Positions 56,835-64,000 of a DNA stretch of 64,000 nt are shown here, piece by piece. Position 1 is the first letter of the stretch. Each line of letters opens with the position of its first letter. The position numbers were made by a program, and so were the translations under genes. Location of the stretch: NCBI RefSeq assembly GCF_018350175.1, contig NC_058369.1:1490001-1554000 (forward strand). The letters run 5' to 3'. This DNA is from Felis catus (Eukaryota). Below the pieces are notes generated by a model. It ran no database searches. It saw nothing but the letters and a program-made list of their open reading frames with translations, and was not told the origin of the DNA.

Positions 56835-56925
56835 GAGGCACCTGGTAGGCTCAGTTGCTGGAGACTGTGACTCTTGATCTTGGAGTCAGGAGTGCGAGCC
56901 CCATGTTGGGGGTGAGGTTTACTGA
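56835..56925 (+). mobile_element. Short carnivore SINE
   Basis: gaggcacctggtaggctcagttg...gactcttgatct...gagccccatgttggg. Confidence 0.7.
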
Positions 56926-57964
56926 CAACAAACGTTTATCAGTTTATCATGCCACGGTTTCCGTGGGGCGGGATCTGGGGGTGATTCATCCAGGTGGTCT
57001 GGGCTCGGGGCCTCTCATGATGTTGCCGTCAGGGTGTTGGCCGGGGCCAGAAGAACCGCTTCCGGGCCTGCATCTGTGCAGTGGTGCGTGAGCGTCGTCG
57101 CAGCAAGCGGCCCCCGAGACGATGCCTCTGGTGGCAGCCCTTGAAGCCTTGGTCCATTGCTCTGGCACACTGTCCTGAGGAGTGACGTCCCGGCCGTTGA
57201 CACCAAGCTGTGCCCCCTGGAGCCGTGAGGCCAGAGTGTGGGGTGAGATGGCGGTTCTCTCGGTCAGGATTGGGTTAAGAATGAAGAGAACGTCCATTTG
57301 CTCTTTCCCTGACTTCCGCTTCTCCCAAAGGGACCCACGGAAGTCCAGGCTCAGCGCCATCCCGCAGTCTACTCCCAAGGGTGCAGACTGCACAATCCAG
57401 GAGAAAACAGATACAGCAGGGGGGTGGAAGCATCTGCCATGAGGATATAGATAAGCACGGCAGGCAGCAGGCACAGCAGATGCAAAGGCCCCGGGGCAGG
57501 ATTGTGTCCTGCACGTTTGAGGAGCAGTGGGAAGGCTCCGTGGCTCTAGTGAGGGAGGAAGGAGGAACAGCTGAGGACAGACGAGGGAGGATGGGTGGGA
57601 CTGGGTCTCCCAGGCATTTTGCCCTGAGTGGAAGCCCCGGGGAGGATTGAGCAGAGGTGGGACATGGCCTGAGTCAGGTTTTAGCCGCTGAGGATGGAAG
57701 CCGCCAGCCCTGTGATGAGGCCTGGGTGGTTCTCTGTTTAACCAAGGCAGGTGCGGCACAGGTGGGCCAATGCTAGGTATGTTCTGGGGGTGGGGCAGCC
57801 AGCACTTCCAGGCTGTGGAAACATGTCATGCTGACCCTAGGAGATGTGGTCTCAGTTGATCACAGAGGGTGCTGCCTGAGGCAGGGAAGGCCGTGGGAAG
57901 CCACAGGCTTCAGTCTGGTGTGTGTCAGATCTGAGCAGCTTGCCAGTCATTGGGCTGTGGTCAC

Positions 57965-58420
57965 AAGTTTGGTGGCTTGAACCAGCTCACATTTAATACC
58001 TCTCAGTTTCTGTGGGTCCGGAATCTGGACGTGGCTGAGCTGGCCCCCGTGCTCAGGATCACACGAGACCGTGTTCTCAACTGAAGGCCAGACTGGGGAA
58101 GGACCCACCTTCCAAACTCATTCAGGTCATGGGCGAGCACGGAGGGCCTGGCTTTGGCAGCCTGCCAGCTGGTGGCCGCCCTCTGTCCCTACAGGCCATC
58201 TGGGGGTCTCCTAGGTGGCCACATACTTCATCAAGCCAGCAAGGGGGTTGTTAGCTCCAGTCTGCCAATACAGGGTCTTACCTAACGCAATATACTCAGG
58301 ACAGGGATGGCCCATTGGCTCTGCTGCGTTCCAATGGGTAGAAGCAAGCCACACAAACTCAGGGGGCGAGACTGCCCAGGGGTGTGAATACCAGGCGGGG
58401 AGGGCCCATGGGGTCACCTT
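57965..58420 (-). mobile_element. MaLR LTR (MLT1-like)
   Basis: ggtggcttgaacca...ctcagtttctgtgggtccggaatctgg...ggggtgtgaataccaggcgg. Confidence 0.65.
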
Positions 58421-58686
58421 GGGTCACCAGCAGGAGGAGGCTCCAGCAGCCAGCTGGACCTGAGTCCAGAATTCAGAAGAGGAGTCTGGCCAGGAGCTTG
58501 TAGAACTCAGGGATGTTATTAAAACCACAAGACTGAGTGGCGTCACTGGAGGAGGGCACCTATCTGGAGGGAGACCGTGAAAATATTCATTAAATCTTCT
58601 TGAAATGGCCTACTTTTTTAAATTAAAAATTTTTCCCCTTTTAAAAAGAAAATGCAGTCACTGCAACACAAATAGAAAATAAGAAA

Positions 58687-58886
58687 GGGGCACCTGGGGG
58701 GGGGGTTCAGTCAGCTGAGTGTCTGACTTCGACTCAGGTCACGATCTTGTGGGTTCGTGAGTTTGAACCCCACATCTGCTGTCAGTGCAGAGCCTGCTTT
58801 GGATCCTCTGTCCCCCTCTCTCTCTGCTCGTCCCCCACTAGCACACTCTCTCTCAAAGTAAAGAAACATTGAAAAAAAAAAAAAAA
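58687..58886 (+). mobile_element. Carnivore SINE
   Basis: ggggcacctggg head and A-tail. Confidence 0.88.
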
Positions 58887-59118
58887 CAAGAAAGAGGAGG
58901 TCACTGACAATAAATAAATACATGGGAAGAAAACCAGTATTGTTAGGTAGTTACTGCCCTTCGGGGCCCAGACGAAGCAAGGCAGGCAGGACACTCACCT
59001 CGGGCACAAAATTTGAAGGGAGAAAAAAACAGTCAGTGTTCATGAGAAATGACGCTGCAGTGCGATCACGAAAACACCAATGAACGCAGAGAAATTCCCG
59101 ATGAGCAAAATATCGAAG

Positions 59119-59354
59119 TTTTTTTTTATTTTTTTTTATTTTTTTATTTTTCAACATTTAGTTATTTTTGGGACAGAGAGAGACAGAGCATGAACGGGGG
59201 AGGGGCAGAGAGAGAGGGAGACACAGAATCGGAAACAGGCTCCAGGCTCCGAGCCATCAGCCCAGAGCCTGACGCGGGGCTCGAACTCACGGACCGCGAG
59301 ATCGTGACCTGGCTGAAGTCGGACGCTTAACCGACTGCGCCACCCAGGCGCCCC
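59119..59354 (-). mobile_element. Young carnivore SINE (SINEC_Fc-like)
   Basis: CpG-intact body, long T-rich tail, short TSD gaagtttt. Confidence 0.93.
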
Positions 59355-60760
59355 GAAGTTTTAAACCAACACAGGACCCGGCAGGGCTGGGAGTGGGGGC
59401 GGAGAGAGAGGTGGTCGGGGACGTGCAAAGTCCTGTCTTTGTATTTGGTTGCTCGTTTTCTTGCTGTTAATGTTTATATGTTTAAAATGTTGTGTAAAAA
59501 TATTTATCTTGAACTGAGGTTTGTGGGGGCACCCTTGCACTTTGCCCCTGAGGCCAGCCCCTCGATCCCTTCACCCTAGGCACTGGGCTGGGTACTCTCC
59601 CTGAAGGCTGTGCACCCACAGTTCACGCCCTTTTTGAAAACAGTCACTGACAAGAGTTAAGAGTGGCATTAGGAACATGTTGGCTCCAAGCTGAAGCTGT
59701 CCCCGGCATCGTCGGGGGGCTGGAAACAAGTTGTTCCCACCCTGGCGTCGTGCTCAGCACCACCTTGGGAACCCCTGAATTGTTCCAGACCCTTCCTGGT
59801 AGATGAAGACAGAGGGGGAGCAGGTGCCCAGATGTCCTGATCTCCAGGTTATGACTAGAACAGTTCCAGGTGACCTAAGATACTTGGTCACCCCAGATGG
59901 GGGTGACTTCCTCAGTGTCACCCCATCCTTGCTGAGTTGGGATGAGGCTGGCATTTCGCCTCCCGCCTGGGCCCGGGAACGTTGGGACAGGCGGGTATGT
60001 ACTCGAGTTGGATGCTGGGCAAGCCACAGGCTCAGCTTGGGAGACGCTGGTGTTCACAGCTCACAATTTGGGTCTCTATGTTCTAGAGACCCTGCCTCTT
60101 CCTTCCCTCTGTCTCCGTGCACACTGCAGATCTTGGAACCGGTGTCAGTCCTTCTTGAAGCTTCTACTGGTCATTCCCATAACTGGGGACAGCAAGTCTG
60201 TGCCTACTCATTTCTCTTCTTTTGCAACTGCACTCATTCTTTAGATTTGTCTGGGGTGTTCTCATGTATCTCTCAAGCGCAGGTGGTAACTTATCCTCCT
60301 CCGTTTCTTTCAAAAAAAATAATAAACTATGCCTCATCCTGTCCAGGGCTTTCTCTTAGCTCAAGGTCACCGCGTGAGCCAGCAATCGCCTTCTTGGGTT
60401 CTCTCTTATTTCTCTTAATCGGCTATCTTCCCTCTTTGCACTCAGCTTTCGTTGTCCATTCTCTCCCAGCCCGATCTTTACAAAAAAAAACACAAAAATA
60501 AAACAAACTCTAGAAGATATTTTGTAGTCTGAGATTAAGGGCACGAAGGATCTTCTGGAACCTCCCATCCCTTTACCTTTCCCTAAGTAAACTGCCCATT
60601 TGTCTGAGACAGGTTGTCTCCATTGTATCTGAGTGAAAAGGGAAAGGGAAAGATAATCGACGTAGGCAGATTCGGTTTGGGGCTGACATTTTTTTTAAGT
60701 CCTAAATGAACTTCACGTGTTGGTCTGAACTCTACTTCAATTTAGAAATACGGGTGCTTT

Positions 60761-61550
60761 CATGAAAAGAGGCTCAATGTCGCTCCTCATCAGGGAAATA
60801 CAAATCAAAACCACATTCAGATATCACCTCACGCCAGTCAGAGTGGCCAAAATGAACAAATCAGGAGACTATAGATGCTGGAGAGGATGTGGAAAAATGG
60901 GAACCCTCTTGCACTGTTGGTGGGAATGCAAATTGGTGCAGCCACTCTGGAAAACAGTGTGGAGGTTCCTCAGAAAATTAAAAATAGACCTACCCTATGA
61001 CCCAGCAATAGCACTGCTAGGAATTTACACAAGGGATACAGGAGTACTGATGTACAGGGGCACTTGTACCCCAATGTTTATAGCAGCACTCTCAACAATA
61101 GCCAAATTATGGAAAGAGCCTAAATGTCCATCAACTGATGAATGGATAAAGAGATTGTGGTTTATATACACAATGGAATACTACGTGGCAATGAGAAAGA
61201 ATGAAATATGGCCTTTTGTAGCAAAGTGGATGGAACTGGAGAGTGTGATGCTAAGTGAAATAAGCCATACAGAGAAAGACAGATACCATATGTTTTCACT
61301 CTTATGTGGATCCTGAGAAACTTAACAGAAACCCACGGGGGAGGGGGAGGAAAAAAAAAAGAGGTTAGAATGGGAGAGAGCCAAAGCATAAGAGACTCTT
61401 CAAAACTGAGAACAAACTGAGGGTTGATGGGGGGTGGGAGGGAGGGGAGGGTGGGTGATGGGTATTGAGGAGGGCACCTTTTGGGATGAGCACTGGGTGT
61501 TGTATGGAAACCAATTTGACAATAAACTTCATATATTGAAAAAAAAAAAA
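60761..61550 (+). mobile_element. Young 5'-truncated carnivore L1
   Basis: Uninterrupted ORF2 C-terminus at 60762-61316 ([18 protein letters not shown] zinc knuckle), 3' UTR, AATAAA and poly-A. 14-bp TSD agaaatacgggtgc at 60744-60757 and 61551-61564. Confidence 0.96.
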
Positions 61551-62097
61551 AGAAATACGGGTGCCTTGAGAAAGTTGAGTTTTAAATCGACTTGACTTTA
61601 TGACTGGAAACTGGTAATTAGCCCAGATCAATCCAGCCTTCAGCTTTTGTCTCTCAATGTTACGTCATTAAGCGGAACATACAGCGATGCAAAGAGGTTG
61701 CTCCTTAGAGGTCTTTAGCCAACTTTTTGCAAAGCTAATATATGCATACCGATAGCTCACTTGTTGGTAAAATTGTTAGCTTTTCACTGAAGCAACAAAT
61801 GCCTTGTCTGTGCCAACGATTTGCACAGGCTTTACCAGGACATGAGAGCAAAGCAGAAGGTGCACGTCTGTCCTCGAGGAGTTGACAGGGGTCTAGAAGA
61901 TTCTCTAACCTGCATGTGTCCATGGAGTACTTCATAATCACTTCCCAGCCAGGGAGCCCTGTTGCCTCCATGGCTTTACGCCTTCTACTCCACACCAGCG
62001 TTTACTGCACCAGCGCTGAACCCCCCTTCTGGAATCCACACTCACAAGGACAGGCACAAACTTCTGCTCCATCCATCCTTTCCGATTTCTGTTAGCG

Positions 62098-62460
62098 ATT
62101 TTTTTTATTGCAATAGAGTACACCCAACCTAAAATTCACCATCGTAACCATCTCTGAGCGCACAGCTCAGTGGCGTCAGGCACACTCACACTGTGGTGCA
62201 GCCACCCCCATCATCCGTGTCCAGAACTTTCCATCTCCCCACACTGACACTCTGTCCCCATGAAACATGGACTCCCTGCCCCCTGCCCCACCCCTGGCTC
62301 CCACACGTACTCTCTGTCTCTGTGGATGGGACTCCTCTAGGGACCTCCTGTGAGTGGGGTCACGCAGGACTCGTCCGTGTCTGGCTTCTGTCCTTCTGTC
62401 CTGTGGCGCACAGTGTCCTCGGGGTCCCACCACGTTATAGCAGGTGTCAGGATTCCTTTG
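62098..62460 (-). mobile_element. Ancient L1MB-like 3' end
   Basis: aaaattcaccatc...cagctcagtggc...gtgcagccacc...ccagaactttccatctcccc...tagggacctc. Confidence 0.7.
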
Positions 62461-62596
62461 GGAGAATACACATGGAATGGCTAGGAGCAAGGGCTGGTGA
62501 GGAGAGTCAGGTGAGGACCAAGACTTTGAACTTGGTGCTGAGGGTGGTAAAGAGCTACTGAAGGGCCAGGGAGTAGCGCCATTGTATGTGTGCAGA

Positions 62597-62782
62597 CCAG
62601 GGCCTCTCTCCCTTGGCGCTGTGGACATGTGGGGCATCCTGGGCTGCGAGAAGTTGAGAAGCATTTCCAACTTCCACCCCCTCAATGCTGAGTGCCCCTA
62701 GTCATGACAGCCGCAAACATCCCCAAACATCTGCCCACTGTCCCCTGAAGGCAAAATCACCCTGGGTGAGATCCCCTGGTCT
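62597..62782. mobile_element. MER20-like hAT MITE
   Basis: ggcgctgtggacat...tagtcatgacagcc...tgtcccctgaaggcaaaatcaccc. Confidence 0.65.
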
Positions 62783-64000
62783 AGGTAGCTATCTCTAGTT
62801 GTATAAAAAATGGGTAGGTTGACGCAGGCCTGGAGTCAGCAAGAACACCACTAGCCCAGGGAAGGGGAGAAGGTATGGGAGCAGGAATGGGTGGGGGGGG
62901 GACCCCTGGAGAGGAGGAAGGAGGTGGAGTGGCCAGATTTGGAGGTGACCAGCAAGGAAGGGAAGGAAGATGGAGAAGTGATAGAGGAAGAGTGGGGGGG
63001 GGGAAGGGGGCTGGTCTAGAGCATCAGCAGATGGGAGAGGTAGTCCCCAGGAGTCTGGAGAGGGAAGAGTGAGCAGGTTGGCTGGGGTAATACACTTCCC
63101 ACTTGGGACAAGCTGAGCTGTGTGCAGAAGCGTCCCATGTCCATTCCCATCTGAAGCTCCAGAGAGACATGAACTGGAAACTTCTATGTGGGGCTTGCTG
63201 GTAGATAAATGATCACTGGTGCTGTGGACTCTCCTAGGGGCAGCACCAGAGAAGGGAGCCATGGAGGACGGGGTGGGAGAAGGCTGACAGATAGTGACGA
63301 GAAAGGCCTCTGCAGCTTACAACTAGTTGATGTGTTTTGTTTTGTGGTTGCTTACATGGTCCCATCAAGATGTTACCAGCAGAGGAGCCAGCTGGTGAGG
63401 ACACAAAGACCTAGCGGAAGGCCCCTCTATCACTCCTGCTGCCTCTAGGAAGCCCCTAATCAGACTGGAAGAGGAGTTTAGGACGGAGTTTCCTGACCAC
63501 AGGCCCGCTGGGGCTACATGTCCACAAGTCTACAAAGGCCTTGGGGGAATAGGCACCCCAACACATGGGGAGGTGACATCTGGGACCCTGAACTCCGACG
63601 ACCCTGACATTGTGTTGACTGTAGTGTGTGTTTGTCTGACCAGAGCTGAAGAGGTGGGTGAAGAGAATCTTCCTTAGTGCCCGTGTAGTAGAAGTTACTG
63701 CTCCCTGCTTTAGCGCGTCGATGAGTCATAAGCTTGGTCTTATAAGAGAGACAACCCCATCCTGAACCAGTTCAAGCAAAGATTGGCTCCTTTGTCTGGG
63801 CAATCCAGAAGAAGCCCTGGCCTCTGGCAGAGCTGGGTCACTCGGTCTTGTCCCTTGAAGCGTGCCCCTGGATGTGCCCCCCCACATCTCTTCCTTCAGG
63901 GTGTTGATCTCATCCTCCTTCCTGTTGACAGTCAAGGTGGCCCCAAGCCTACCTATGGCAGTTTAAGAGCCCCACTGGGAAGAATGCTTCCCCTCTATTC

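Overview
GC- and CpG-rich mammalian genomic DNA. The Can-SINE/SINEC_Fc-type SINEs and carnivore L1s point to a felid or other feliform carnivore. The window is syntenic with the human 19p13.3 block LINGO3-LSM7-SPPL2B(-TMPRSS9). It holds three intact genes: LINGO3 (minus strand, one coding exon 1110-2888, with a CpG-island non-coding first exon near 13.5 kb), LSM7 (minus, 4 coding exons, 103 aa) and SPPL2B (plus, 15 coding exons, 590 aa). LSM7 and SPPL2B are head-to-head, with only 152 bp between their ATGs. The rest is introns and intergenic DNA with SINEs, L1 fragments (one young, with a target-site duplication), MaLR/ERV LTRs and hAT MITEs. The main unexplained structure is a compact minus-strand multi-exon gene or gene relic at about 19.1-23.4 kb, between LSM7 and LINGO3. 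It has a GC box, TATA box and ATG, two chains of phase-compatible exons with short GT-AG introns, one in-frame stop, and a 61-bp duplication that copies one of its acceptors; I cannot assign it to a family. A strong-Kozak uORF just upstream of LINGO3 appears to be the ancestral LINGO-family start codon. All calls were made by eye; no searches were run.
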